From contig NC_134033.1 in assembly GCF_964204645.1 (NCBI RefSeq), positions 5,604,231-5,668,230 on the forward strand: 64,000 nt of DNA, read 5' to 3'. Origin of the DNA: Tubulanus polymorphus (Eukaryota > Animalia > Nemertea). A program made the translations under genes and the position numbers. The notes below the pieces were generated by a model. That model worked only from the letters and a program-made list of their open reading frames with translations, had not been told where the DNA came from and did no database searches. Position 1 is the stretch's first letter. Every line of letters begins with the position of its first letter. Shown piece by piece: positions 39,001 to 48,292 of the stretch.

Positions 39001-41946
39001 TGACGGAATCACGGATTTACATATTCAAAAAAAACGGAATCTCTTCGATTTCACTATAAATAATAATACCCGGTGTCGGACAAGGCTCCGGACCTATCAA
39101 TGCACTGAGTTAGCTTCGAATCACACTATAAGCACGCAATTTTATCTGACATTGTTCTATGACACCAGTAATACCAGCTGCAGAAACAGTCAGAATGTAG
39201 TCGGAAAAAGAGATTGGCACCAGGGCAATAATCGGTTATCGAAAGTAATCGACTTTTGCGATCTTAGTAGATTTGAGCACGGTCGCTCGAGGTTGGGCCG
39301 TAGTTTCAGATAGCTGCAAACGTGAAATGTTTTACAACCAAACATGTACCGCGGTTCCTTAAGAATTATTTTGATAGAAACTGCCGTCTAGTACCGATAG
39401 TACACAGAGAAGCAACGAAGTAACAGCTTTCTCTTCACAAATAACTGAGTTAAAAAAATATACCATCTTATATATAATCTTTAATATCATTCAAGAACTT
39501 TTATTAACTCTTCTCGATACCTACACCACAATCGCATTAATCACAATTTAGAGGCACGAGCGGCATTAAAAATCCAAAGCCAGAATATGCATAATGTGTG
39601 TCCGTTTTCCTCTGACATCGTTCATTTTGGGATATTTCTCTTGACCGTATAAAAACATACCTCAGTTTGGTTATAATACGACCAGTGGAAGAGTGCAGTC
39701 AAAATAAATCATAAATCATCAAACAGTCATCGTTTTTATATCCATTTTACAATGCAACATTTATTAAATTAGTTAAAGGTTTATCAGTTGTAAGATACGC
39801 AGAACACGTAGATGCGGTCTCAATGATGATAGATTAATTGCCTACGTAGGTTCTCCATTTTCTCGTTTGGAAGTATCGTTAATTTGTTGAGTGACGATAG
39901 TAATAGATTACCACATAGACTTACCAGGTACCGCAATGAAATCATGCGTCCGGCGCCTTGTCTAACAAAGGGTATCCCGTGGAAAAACCCGGTTACTAGA
40001 GTGAAAATGAAGAAATTCCGTGTTTTTTTTGTTGAAAATTCCGCGATATGACAACACCGCATAGTAGAAGCTGTATTATCAACTGGCCGAGTTCTATCGG
40101 TAAATTGATAAGCACGCTTGCTTTCGCGTATGAGACCCGGACTTACCCCCAGTGAGTGCGCGTAATTCCAATGACAGTTCCCTCAATCATTAAAACGTTA
40201 ATTCTATTTCAAAATGAAAACCAGGTCTAAGCATTAGCTAGTTCTTCTAGACTGGTTCTCAAATTAGGGCCTGTTCATCTGAACTTTGAATTAATCCGCT
40301 AAATTGGTACTAGTCCACGAGAGTATATAGCCCTGTTTTTCTGAACTGGGCCCTTTTCACCTCAACTGGGCTGTAGTCTACTAAACTGGGTATTTGTTCT
40401 ATTTAACTGACCTGGGCTTTGGTCCAAACTCTAAACTGAGAAATTCACCTGAATTAGGCCCCAGTTCCCTTAAGCGGGCCCTGTTCGCCAAGACTGGTCC
40501 CAGTTCTTCTTAACTGGACCATGGTCCTCGAACTGTGACTGAGTTCTCTAAACTAGTCTCTGGAATTGTCACCCTACACAGATCTTCGAAAAAGGTGCCA
40601 ACACGTTTTTTTACGAATGAACCCCTGTCTTAAAACTCCAACTTCAACTTACTGATTGCTTCTATTGCTGTTGTTTTCTAGCACACGGAATTTGCACGGG
40701 TTTCGATGTTTGCGCCTGCGACAGCGGGTGGAACTCATCGTTGAAATGTGACGTGGCCACGTGTTCGACTCCGTGTCAGCATTCGGGCGTCTGCGTTTCT
40801 GAAAATACGTGTGAGTGTAAAACCGGCTTCTTCGGTAACGACTGCGGCAACGTGTCAACCATCCCGAACAGCAAAAGTCCAGTTTTTATCGGATATCCGT
40901 GGCCGGTCGTTCCGCTGACCGAAAACTGTCGCCTGGGAACATCGGTATTCAATGCGACGGCCTCCGACGCGGACGCAACCGGGCCGAACTCAGAAATCGT
41001 TTATTCGATATCGACGGTCGAATCGAACCCGTCGTTCGGCATCGATTCGAAAGACGGAACGATCTCGACGATCCGGACGATCGACCGCGAGCGTTACCTC
41101 GCGTCCGGCGGCCGTGTCCTAATTTACGTAACCGCTAAGGATAAAGGCTTTCCTTCGAAAAGCACCACGCGGACCTTGACCGTCGATGTCCTCGATGAAA
41201 ACGACAATTGTCCGGAATTCGCATCGATTCCGGCGCCGGTGAGTTTCGCCGCGAACGAGATTCCGTCTGCTCCGATCGTCCGAGTGACGGCGACCGATGA
41301 GGATTCTGGGAATAACGGCTCGGTCGTCTATTCTATATCCGGTAATACGATGCACGCGTCTAGTTTGAATATAAGCGCCTCAGACGGATCGATAACCGTC
41401 ACGAGGGGAATTCCATCCGGAGAGTTTATCGTTTATGTAAAAGCGTCGGACGAGGGTACTCCGAAACCATGCGTCGTTAAATTCGATTTCAAAGCCCAAA
41501 GCGTCTATCAATCGCTTAAAGCTCCTTCAACTACACCAGCTCCTTCAAGTACACCAGCTTGTACAACTTCACCAGTTTCTGCAATTACACCAACTCCTGC
41601 AACTACACCAGCGCCTACAAAAGCGCAGCCTGTTACATCAACAGAGCCGACTACTCAATTCTCAGCTCAACCATCGTCTACGCAACCCACTTCAACCAAT
41701 CAACCCGTTACAGCAACGGGTGCTCGAACAACTACTCCACTTCTCGCTAAACCGCCAACTCCAGCTGCAAATGACGACAAACTGTTCATCACATTAATCG
41801 CCTCTTTGGGAGGTGTGTTGGGGTTGATAACTCTCATCGTGGTCGCTTGCTGCGTGCACAGAATGCGCCAAAAACAAACCCTGGCTGCGAAAAGGAATCA
41901 GCCGCCTGAGGATTTCGAAGCGATGATGATGGATCGAAGATATTGA
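1..41946 (+). CDS. 5'-truncated multi-exon gene for a giant mosaic type I membrane protein (MAM / beta-helix / C-type lectin / EGF / PSI / unknown / VWD / EGF / cadherin / mucin stalk / TM); VWDE-like in its VWD-EGF portion
   Basis: Exons read by hand, all GT-AG: <1-41, 950-1804, 2227-2324, 2401-2508, 2903-3002, 3594-3767, 5492-5764, 6652-6765, 7116-7398, 8183-8380, 9067-9322, 10296-10431, 16752-16949, 17368-17534, 17669-17825, 20771-21029, 21352-21595, 22091-22226, 22477-22617, 22709-22848, 23535-23680, 24428-24574, 24896-25091, 25511-25650, 31212-31406, 31561-31718, 31989-32109, 34808-34897, 35634-35729, 36308-36391, 36964-37116, 37930-38185, 38785-38954, 40682-41946 (TGA). Phases match at every junction except 3002/3594. 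Total ~7.3 kb. Confidence 0.88.
240..600. repeat. Degenerate intronic tandem repeat
   Basis: Recurring CTGTAGGCAGATCAGAAGAAAT(G)G units. Confidence 0.55.
950..1804 (+). CDS. Exon: right-handed parallel beta-helix (pectin-lyase-like) region
   Basis: TTTCAG acceptor and G|GTGAGT donor. Repeating IRNSSI / ITNSRINENRGYGV / IRDSQL / MANSSFYN strands ending in AWNWWG, typical of animal beta-helix domains such as those in Bark beetle-like proteins. Confidence 0.8.
1815..2185. repeat. Degenerate intronic minisatellite (~75-80 bp unit)
   Basis: Recurring ACACCTGGTGG..CTCACTTGCCACAAGTGGAATCC..TTGC..CAGTAGTTGAT. Confidence 0.65.
2227..3002 (+). CDS. C-type lectin-like domain (exons 2227-2324, 2401-2508, 2903-3002)
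   Basis: CPIGWYISGSSCLLY...AFKTCA, then KIWIV, then SCY...VDCNSLYPFICD. No EPN/QPD or WND motif visible. Confidence 0.8.
3069..3510. mobile_element. Degraded MITE, same family as 4668-5116
   Basis: 3345-3510 aligns with 4935-5112 (AAAAATCGTTGTTTATTTCTGAA, AAACGTCGC); left end TCTGTCATAC. Confidence 0.5.
3594..3767 (+). CDS. Exon: two EGF-like repeats (first one lacks its Cys1)
   Basis: RNCSGNGICIGQKCVCAQGFHGDAC and DCSAVQNCNGHGKCVAANTCKCDPGWR; donor CGT|GTAAGT. Confidence 0.85.
4030..5460. repeat. Intronic minisatellite (~40-45 bp unit), interrupted by a MITE
   Basis: Recurring GGTTGGTGGATTATACACCGCACCACGGGGTAGACGTAAT. Confidence 0.75.
4668..5116. mobile_element. MITE with long imperfect TIRs
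   Basis: TCTGTCACATATGCTCTCCTTGCGACGTTTGGATCC at the left is an imperfect reverse complement of GGATCAAAACGTCGCGCGGAGACCATGTGTGACAGA at the right; similarity extends ~120 bp. Confidence 0.7.
5492..6765 (+). CDS. PSI-like domain and following Cys-rich exon (5492-5764, 6652-6765)
   Basis: DCTSCLRKPGCGFC...C matches the PSI CxxCL...CGWC pattern; both exons phase 0. Confidence 0.75.
7116..10431 (+). CDS. Four exons of an unassigned beta-rich region with three GD[VL][IM] repeats (7116-7398, 8183-8380, 9067-9322, 10296-10431)
   Basis: Open, phase-consistent exons: RGDVIVSSQADGVFHKI, TGDVIIGSHSDGYLETV, IGDLMSLRSAEPIAGQ. Confidence 0.8.
10534..10637. repeat. Short palindromic (foldback) element
   Basis: CCAGTTCCACAGTTGTGAGTTA...TAACTCAGAACTGTGGAACTGG; a related half lies near 35186-35213. 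Confidence 0.6.
11331..12679 (+). pseudogene. LINE ORF1 (coiled coil plus L1/Tnp_22-like RRM), frameshifted
   Basis: RRSNLVFVGVPE, FQRAHR, PRSITVKF, IYEDFPLEIRAKRK; ATG at 11331 with frame breaks in A-runs. Confidence 0.8.
12731..16141 (+). pseudogene. LINE ORF2 (apurinic endonuclease, reverse transcriptase, C-terminal Cys/His motif), broken into several frames
   Basis: LNVGGL, LTETK, GDFNA, VDYI, SDVH (APE); KAPGCD, NYRGITLL, QAGFR, KAFD, GLRQGENLSPVLF, LYADD, YLG (RT); CNKC..DEYHFILKC. Confidence 0.92.
16752..21595 (+). CDS. Five exons: furin site followed by an unassigned beta-strand-rich domain (16752-16949, 17368-17534, 17669-17825, 20771-21029, 21352-21595)
   Basis: RTPRVRR|AASS at 16878-16889; alternating hydrophobic/polar strands; phases consistent. 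Confidence 0.8.
18336..19440 (-). pseudogene. Transposase pseudogene (Sola1-like), 5'-deleted
   Basis: FHNPKKDACGLC, FDLQQ, FYSRRLSCYNF, WHEGIAGRGSNEIASC, ADGCSGQNKN, HGQNEGDAVHS. In-frame stop just upstream of 19380; frameshifted C-terminus PKLSADKFNDLMRLC...FYQNLSH-stop. Confidence 0.8.
19508..20479. mobile_element. Non-autonomous foldback DNA transposon (P- or hAT-like) nested in the Sola-like element
   Basis: ~205-bp near-perfect TIRs beginning CACAGGGGCTCGTTACGATAG; perfect 8-bp TSD CTATAGCA at 19500-19507 and 20480-20487. Confidence 0.9.
21877..21944 (+). repeat. (GGGA)n microsatellite
   Basis: Pure GGGA tract. Confidence 0.95.
22091..23680 (+). CDS. Four cysteine-rich exons (22091-22226, 22477-22617, 22709-22848, 23535-23680)
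   Basis: CMCECFCD, ECQCELCPD, CPCECADG..DGSCP, CDCTCKDG..DGQC, CECTCKNC..DGQCVC; canonical splice sites. Confidence 0.85.
23225..23355 (+). mobile_element. Short tRNA-derived SINE
   Basis: A box TGGCCGAGTGG, B box GGTTCAAACCC, A-tail, and 13-bp TSD ACCACAATGAGAG at 23212-23224 and 23356-23368. Confidence 0.85.
24428..32109 (+). CDS. EGF plus von Willebrand type D domain and downstream Cys segment (24428-24574, 24896-25091, 25511-25650, 31212-31406, 31561-31718, 31989-32109)
   Basis: WGDPHITTLDG-RDFDYYDIGEY; TAGLCGFLDGDPTNDF...FAESW; SCIFDVAVT. These are hallmark VWD/VWDE-type motifs. Confidence 0.9.
26128..26508. repeat. ~47-bp tandem repeat (second array at ~29705-30002)
   Basis: AAAAGTGTGAGTAAAGTGTGAGTAAAATAAGTTAGATTTTCAATGTT. 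Confidence 0.9.
27145..27426 (-). CDS. Small island ORF: hydrophobic segment, coiled coil, C2H2-type zinc finger
   Basis: TAAATG start; CEICSKKYKTEKGFRNHKIGH. Confidence 0.5.
   Translation of the reverse strand: MSENILNLLNLIYRNQEEMKLIMMISGLLSFSVYGLKQLFHFYDDFEIKYIELKNNINYISDRMNNIKRCEICSKKYKTEKGFRNHKIGHKLE
27805..29090. repeat. 24-bp tandem repeat array
   Basis: AACAATTTATCATTTCAACTGTCA, about 50 copies; source of the spurious MINCLTVE/QFIISTVK ORFs. Confidence 0.95.
29431..29598 (+). CDS. 55-aa Lys-rich island ORF (paralogue at ~25854 is disrupted)
   Basis: TAAATG start; MGDMKAFLATMNNRIKPAKKQFEIKKLIDVTKEIEHKILKLEKIKTKYGEKVSAN. Confidence 0.35.
   Translation: MGDMKAFLATMNNRIKPAKKQFEIKKLIDVTKEIEHKILKLEKIKTKYGEKVSAN
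30018..30671 (+). pseudogene. ~217-codon island ORF with two premature stops; three IxIQCDLE repeats and a C-terminal CxCGGKY..H..KH zinc finger
   Basis: Frame continues through TAG at 30381 and TAA at 30576 to TAA at 30669-30671; a truncated paralogue lies at 26524-26810. Confidence 0.6.
32311..34681 (+). repeat. Local segmental duplication: copy of 38936-40550 flanked by a 379-bp direct repeat
   Basis: 32311-32689 matches 34303-34681; 32690-34302 is nearly identical to 38936-40550. Confidence 0.92.
34808..38954 (+). CDS. Tenascin/teneurin-type EGF repeat array (34808-34897, 35634-35729, 36308-36391, 36964-37116, 37930-38185, 38785-38954)
   Basis: Repeated CSGHGxC...CxCxxGWxGxxC; about 10 repeats counting those that finish in the last exon. 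Confidence 0.92.
35740..36275. repeat. Degenerate ~20-bp intronic tandem repeat
   Basis: Recurring ATCCAAACATGCACATGTCAA. Confidence 0.7.
40682..41946 (+). CDS. Terminal exon: EGF, two cadherin repeats, Ser/Thr/Pro stalk, TM helix, short cytoplasmic tail
   Basis: ASDADATGPNSEIVYSI, IDRE, AKDKGFP, VLDENDNCPEF, ATDEDSGNNGSVVYSI; TTPAP-rich stalk; LFITLIASLGGVLGLITLIVVACCV; tail ends DRRY-stop. Confidence 0.92.
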
Positions 41947-43189
41947 TCATTCGAAATTCATCTTAATCTTATCTACTTAGATCTAAATCCTTTATTCAAT
42001 TAAAAGATATTTTAATGTCATTCGTCCTTGTTCTGAAAGCGCCTGTGATGTCGGTTTTATAGTTTTGTAAAATCTATTTTCTAAAAAATTTTCTATCCAT
42101 TATTTTGAAGCCATATGTTTTTTTATGTTTTCATTTTCAAATTAGATCTAGATATTTGGTTTTATTCATAGGGAGGAAGAAGATCTGAGCTAATTCGATC
42201 TGAATTTAACTATTGATCCAGGCCCTTAGCCAAGGGTTGGATGCCAAAATTCACAATCGTAATTGTTATTTCGAGCACGTAAATATTGATGACGTAGTGC
42301 GCATCGAATCGCACAGAACTCCTTAAATAACGCTTACTATGTATCGGTCATTGTCTATGAAGATTAGGCACGCGATTGTCCGAGGCTATCGATGCCGGGG
42401 TAAACACAGTCTACTTAAGTTGTTTCATCCATAATGTAAATTCAAAAAACAATTGTCTTTTTTTCTTACGTTTTAGGTGGATAACGTCCACCCATCTTCA
42501 GAGATTTATTTGAAAAAAGATTTTTTTTTCATATAAATAATTGCGGGTGATACATCATCCAAACTGAAAATAGTCTCAACTATCTACAAGAGTCTACTGT
42601 ATTTTTTCTCAGCGATACAAATATGTGGAAGAATGAGGCCACATACATAAAACATAATAGCGCCTTTCGAATGCATCGTCTAGCGACTACAATTTTTCAA
42701 TGTAATCAAGAACTCACGATGGTGAGCTACTCGCCTTAGATACTCGTATGGCGTCTGTATAACTGAATATGTCTCAATTGTTTAAAATGTTTATTTTGTA
42801 TTTAAATCATGTAATAACTGATTATCTTGTATCCACTCGGAACGAATGTTAATATCGTCAGTATCACTCAATTAATATGCGGCACTATTTTTAACCATAG
42901 AATTTTTAATTATTACAGAATTATCATGAATGAATAAACGATATACACTTAGAATACGATTATGTTATATGGAGGATTGCTTTGACCCTTCAGGTTGTAG
43001 ATTAAAGATAAAAATCCTGAAGCCTGATGAAGCGATTAAAGAAAAAAAAATATAGAATATAGCTGCAAAGCAGCAATAATGGGTTTTCTGCACATCCTTG
43101 TTCGTATTCTTGATCTTGTCTGGATAATGTGTCGACCACGATCGCGTGTACGCGATGCAGCTAAACCATGCCATGAAAATAAGGGAATT

Positions 43190-43570
43190 TAGAATCCTGT
43201 CCAACCGTCAACACGGTTTTATAAAAGGACGGTCGACAAAGAGTCAATTAGGCCTACCTGGAAACCATAGCTGATTGCACCAGATAATTATTTGACTCTG
43301 GAAAATCGACTGTTAGGCCTATAAGTATTTATATATTTCGAAAAAGCATTTGATAAGGTACAACATCAGCGATTACTAAACGAGCAATGATGGGTCGTTT
43401 AAATAGCTTAGCGGATTTCTCTGAACGAAAACAGGGGGCCGAAATCAAAGGAACTCATCTTGGAATAAATCGGTCTGACTAGTGGAGTCACACAAGGTAG
43501 TATCCTTAGTCGTCTTCTCTTCACTATCCTGATAGATGATATACAGAGTAATCAATAATGTACCGGACAG
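43190..43570 (+). pseudogene. Highly decayed CR1-type RT fragment (paralogues at ~45190-45460 and ~49390-49660)
   Basis: QHGF, KAFDKVQH, SGVTQGSIL remnants. Confidence 0.6.
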
Positions 43571-45715
43571 AGTATATTTCCAAAACGATCTCAAGAAGCA
43601 GTGTTCTGTTCATGGTCAGAAAGTTGGGCTTCTACCTGACAGGCATGATATGGATATTGGATACAACGAAAACCCAGGTTCAGATTATACCTTTGTGTTC
43701 GAATGAGAAGATTATTTTGGTCGAATTAAGATTACTTATTATAACGAAGACTATCTAGTTCCACCAAGATTTTGCTCTTTGGAACGAAAACGCTTCGAAC
43801 AATATATCTGTTCGAACAAAAAAATAATGATCCGAAGAAAATCTTGTTCGAATAAAAACAAGAACAATACGCTTTTTGTTCGAACAAAAATTTATCTTCG
43901 TTCTGACCAAAAACTTTGTTTGAATAAAGAGCTATGTTATTGTTGAAATGAAAACCTTTCGTTCCGACAAAAAAATTTTGTTGAGCGAAAACAATTTCGT
44001 TCAAATAATGTTTGAATGAAAACAATTGTGTTCGATTTAACAATATACATGTGCTTAATACTTTATTTTCGGACGAAAAACTTTTTACAATATACTTCTT
44101 CGAACGACAAGAAAATTTTGTCCGAATGGGGACGTTTCTGTCCAATCAAACAATTGTCCGAACGAAAAACCATTCGTTTGGACAAAAAAGGTTGTTCGAT
44201 TAACGAAAACAACTTTGTTCTAACGATTCTTTCAAATCGGTTCAATTATTATCGGGTCGATCGAAAAAGTACAAACGATCTCCTATCCACCGCGGCATCC
44301 TAGACGCTCACTCCGAATATCAAGCTGGAGTCCAGCTTACGGATAAGAATGTGTAATATACAGGCATTCAGTAAATATCCCGTGGATTTGGGTAAGATCG
44401 GTATAAACTGCAGGAAAAATAGACTATTGATAAATGTTTGAAATCCGCGGCCGAATCACTGGTAGTAATAAATCCATTTATTGATACCTCATCACCACAA
44501 CAGCTTTTCTCCGCTGCATCAGTTCGGCGTGTTTAGTTTAGGCCTATACGACTTGGTACTCTAATGATTTATCGTAGTAAATATCCGATAAAGAAACTAA
44601 CTGTTTGAAGCCCGCGGCCAAATCACTGGGAGTAATAGATTTATTTCTTCTTGCTTTGATTCTCATGGCGAGCGGGTCCGCGGAACAACGATGTAAAGAA
44701 ACAAATTGATTCATCGATCTTGACAGCTCGACAGTGCTTATAATATTTTTAGAGTAGTAAATTATATCCTGTCGGTTAAGTGTACTGATGAAGAAAATGG
44801 CTAATTGTTTAAATTTACTGTTTAAAGACCGCGGCTGAATGGGAAGTCTTGCGGCAGTAAATTTGTTTATTAACACTTGAATTGATAATCGAAGTGACGA
44901 GCAGCCTCCGTTGGATTTCGGGATGACGACTCAGAAAAACATGACGCCTCATTGAATGGGGCCCAATTTTCGATGTCTACGGCCCGACAGCGCTTTTGTA
45001 ACGTTGATTCATTATAATACGCACGGAGTATTTGTAGATCGAAGTGAGCTGAAGGATATCATACGGATTGTATCGGCAACAGTGGCAAGGTAACAAAGCC
45101 TCTGTTCTTTTAGTGAAAACAGTGTGACATAAAATAACAAATATAGCTGCAAAGCAGCGATAACGGGTTTTCTGCACAGTCTTAGAATCCTGTTCAACGG
45201 TGGATTTCAACAAAGCATTTGATAAGGCTCAACATCAGCCATTACTAAACAGGCTATTAGGAAACAGTATCAATGATAGGTCGCCCAAATGGCTCAGCAG
45301 TTATCTCTGAACGGAAACTTGTAACCGAAATCAACGGGACGCATCATCTTGGAATGAGACGGTCTAACTAGTGGAGTCACGCAAGGTAGTATCCTAAGTC
45401 GTCTTCTGCTTAATGTCCTGACAAATGACATACACAGTAATCCAAAATATACCAGACCGAGTAAATTTCCAAAACGACCTTAACACACTGTTCGACCAAA
45501 AAACTTAATGTTCCGACAAAACCACAGGGACAAAACCAAAATTATGAATTGTCGCGGGTGACAAAACCAAAATATTGAATTGTCACGGGCGACAAAACCA
45601 AAATAATGAATTGTCGCGGGCGATAAAACCACAATAATGAATTGTCGCGGACGACAAAAACAAAATATTGAATTGGTGCGTGCGACAAAACCAGAATAAT
45701 GAACCAGAAAACCAA

Positions 45716-46975
45716 ACTAGCGGACCAGGGACACCATGCTCACTTGGGAAGTGGTTTCAAATGCTCAACAATCTAACAATTTCAATACATAACGCCCTCT
45801 AGTGACCATATACAAAAACCAATGACCTTGAAACCCTCCACAATCATAGAACATGTGAGCAGCTATGATTTTGTAATTGATTGTGATAACAAAATATGCC
45901 TCGTTACCAATTTAATATGGAAATACTAAGTTATTCTACTATTCAACGCCCCTGGTGACCGTATGCAAAACCCATTGACCTTAAAACTCACCACAATCGT
46001 AGTACATGTCATGAAATACAACTTTGCAATTGATCATAGTAACAAAATATGCCTAGGTACCAATCTAATAAGGAAATACTAAGCCATTCTACTATTCAAC
46101 GCCCCCTGGTGACTATATGGAATAACTAATGTCCTTAAAAACTCACCACAATCATAGACGATGTCATGACCTACAACTTTGCAATTGATCATGGTAACAA
46201 AATATGCCTGGGTACAAATATAATATAGCGATACTAAGTTATTGTATTATTCAACGCCCCCTGATGGCCACATACTAAAACCAATGACCTTGAAACTTAC
46301 CAAAATCAGAGAACACGTTGTGGGCTACAACTTTCCAATTGAATATAGTTACACAATATGCTTAGGTATCAATTTAATGTGGAAAAACTTTTTCCCACCT
46401 ACGAATGAGTACTGATGACACCAAAATGGCCGCCAATTGCGTCATAATTGGCTGATCAAAAATACCAGTCCCAGGTATAAAACATCCCTCTCTAAAGAAT
46501 ACCCATCAGCAGTTGCAATGAGAAATGGCAAACCAGTAGGAAGCTACAGGACCTAGAATTCTGGCCAAAATTGACATTTTTGGGCACTAAAAAGGTTATA
46601 GGACGGCCATCTTGAGTCAGATCGACCCAATTTTCTTATGCTGATGGGCCTTTGGTAGATTCAAATATAAACGAAAGATCAAGGTAATTGATCAAAGCGT
46701 CTTCAAAATTTCACCATGAAAACTTCGAAAATGTTTAAAAAGTGCTGATTTTGGCAAACAACAATGGCTGCCAGTCGGCCATCTTGAATCTGACAGGGCC
46801 AGATTTTTGGGCTGACGATGTGTTTAGGGTAGATACATGTATAAACCTAATATCAAGACATTACCTTGAAGCGTCTTCAAAACTTCCCAAAATAACTGGA
46901 TTCCGTCTATGGACGGACGGACGGACGAAAAGTGAACACAATAGCCCGCTGGGACTAAAGTCCCAAGTGGACTGA
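45716..46975 (-). mobile_element. Non-autonomous Helentron-associated element (HINE/DINE-1-like), copy 1
   Basis: Minus strand: 5' subTIR CCACTTGGGA with hairpin GGGACTTTAGTCCC, (GTCC)n microsatellite, internal ~140-bp tandem repeats, 3' subTIR TCCCAAGTG and CTAGT end; T-rich flanks. Confidence 0.75.
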
Positions 46976-48292
46976 AAAAGAATTGTCGCGGGCGACAAAA
47001 CGAAACTATGAATTGTCGCGGGTGATAAAACCAAAATATTGAATTGTCGCGGGCGACAAAACCAAAATAATGAATTGTTGCGGGCGATAAAACCAAACTA
47101 ATGAATTTTCGCGGGCGATAAAACAAAAATATTGAATTGTCTCGGGCGATAAAACCAAAATAATGAATTGTCGCAGGCGACAAAACCAAAATAATGAATT
47201 GTCGCGGATGATAAAAACAAAATATTGAATTGTCGCGGGCGATAAAACCAAAATAATGAATTATCGCGGGCGATAAAACCAAAATATTGAATTGTCGCGG
47301 GCGATAAAACCAAAATAATGAATTGTCGCGGGCGACAAAACCAAAAAAAAATGTCGCGGGCGACAAAAACAAAGTATAAAACCAAAATAATGAATTGTCG
47401 CGGGCGTCAAAACCAAAAACAAGAATTGTCGCGGGCGACAACACCAAAATAATGAATTGTCGCTGGAGATAAAACCAAAGTATTGAATTTTCACGGGCGA
47501 TAAAACCAAAATATTGAATTGTCGCGGGCGACAAAACCAAACTAATGAATTGTCGCGGGCAACAAAACCAAAAAAGAATTGTCGGGGCGACAAAACCAAA
47601 ATAATGAAATGTCGCGGGCGATAAAACTAAAATAATGAATTGTCTCGGGCGACAAAACCAAAATAATGAATTGTCGCGGGCGATAAAACCAAAATAATGA
47701 ATTATCGCGGGCGATAAAACCAAAATATTGAATTGTCACGGGTGATAAAACCAAAATAATGAATAGTCGCGGGCGACAAAACCAAAATATTGAATTGTCG
47801 CGGGCGACAAAACCAAAATATTGAATTGTCACAGGCGACAAAACCAAAAAAAGAATTGTCGGGGTGACAAAACCAAAATAATGAATTGTCGCGGGCGACA
47901 AAACCAAAATATTGAATTGTCGCGGGCGACAAAAGCAAAATATTGATTTGTCGCGGGCGACAAAACCAAAAAAAGAATTGTCGGGGCGACAAAACCAAAA
48001 TAATGAATTGTCGCGGGCGATAAAACCAAAATAATGAATTGTCGCGGGCGATAAAACCAAAATAATGAATTGTCGCGGGCGATAAAATCAAAATATTGAA
48101 TTGTCGCGGGCGACAAAACCAAAAAAGAAAAATTTCGCGTGCGACAAAAACAAAATATAAAACCAAAATAATGAATTGTCGCGGGCGACAAAACCAAAAT
48201 AATGCATTGTCGCTGGCGATAAAACTAAAATAATGAATTGTCGAGGGCGATAAAACCAAAATAATGAATTGTCGCGGGCGACAAAATCAAAA
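46976..48292. repeat. 31-bp satellite array
   Basis: AAAACCAAAATAATGAATTGTCGCGGGCGA(C/T); shorter arrays at ~45515-45715 and ~49705-50105. Confidence 0.95.

Noticed and set aside
1-41946. Naming the gene VWDE, teneurin, attractin or bark
   Set aside because: Each shares only some domains; orthology cannot be supported without a phylogeny.
44544-44876. 110-aa minus-strand ORF in the tandem unit
   Set aside because: No recognisable motif, and the frame is not preserved in the paralogous units.
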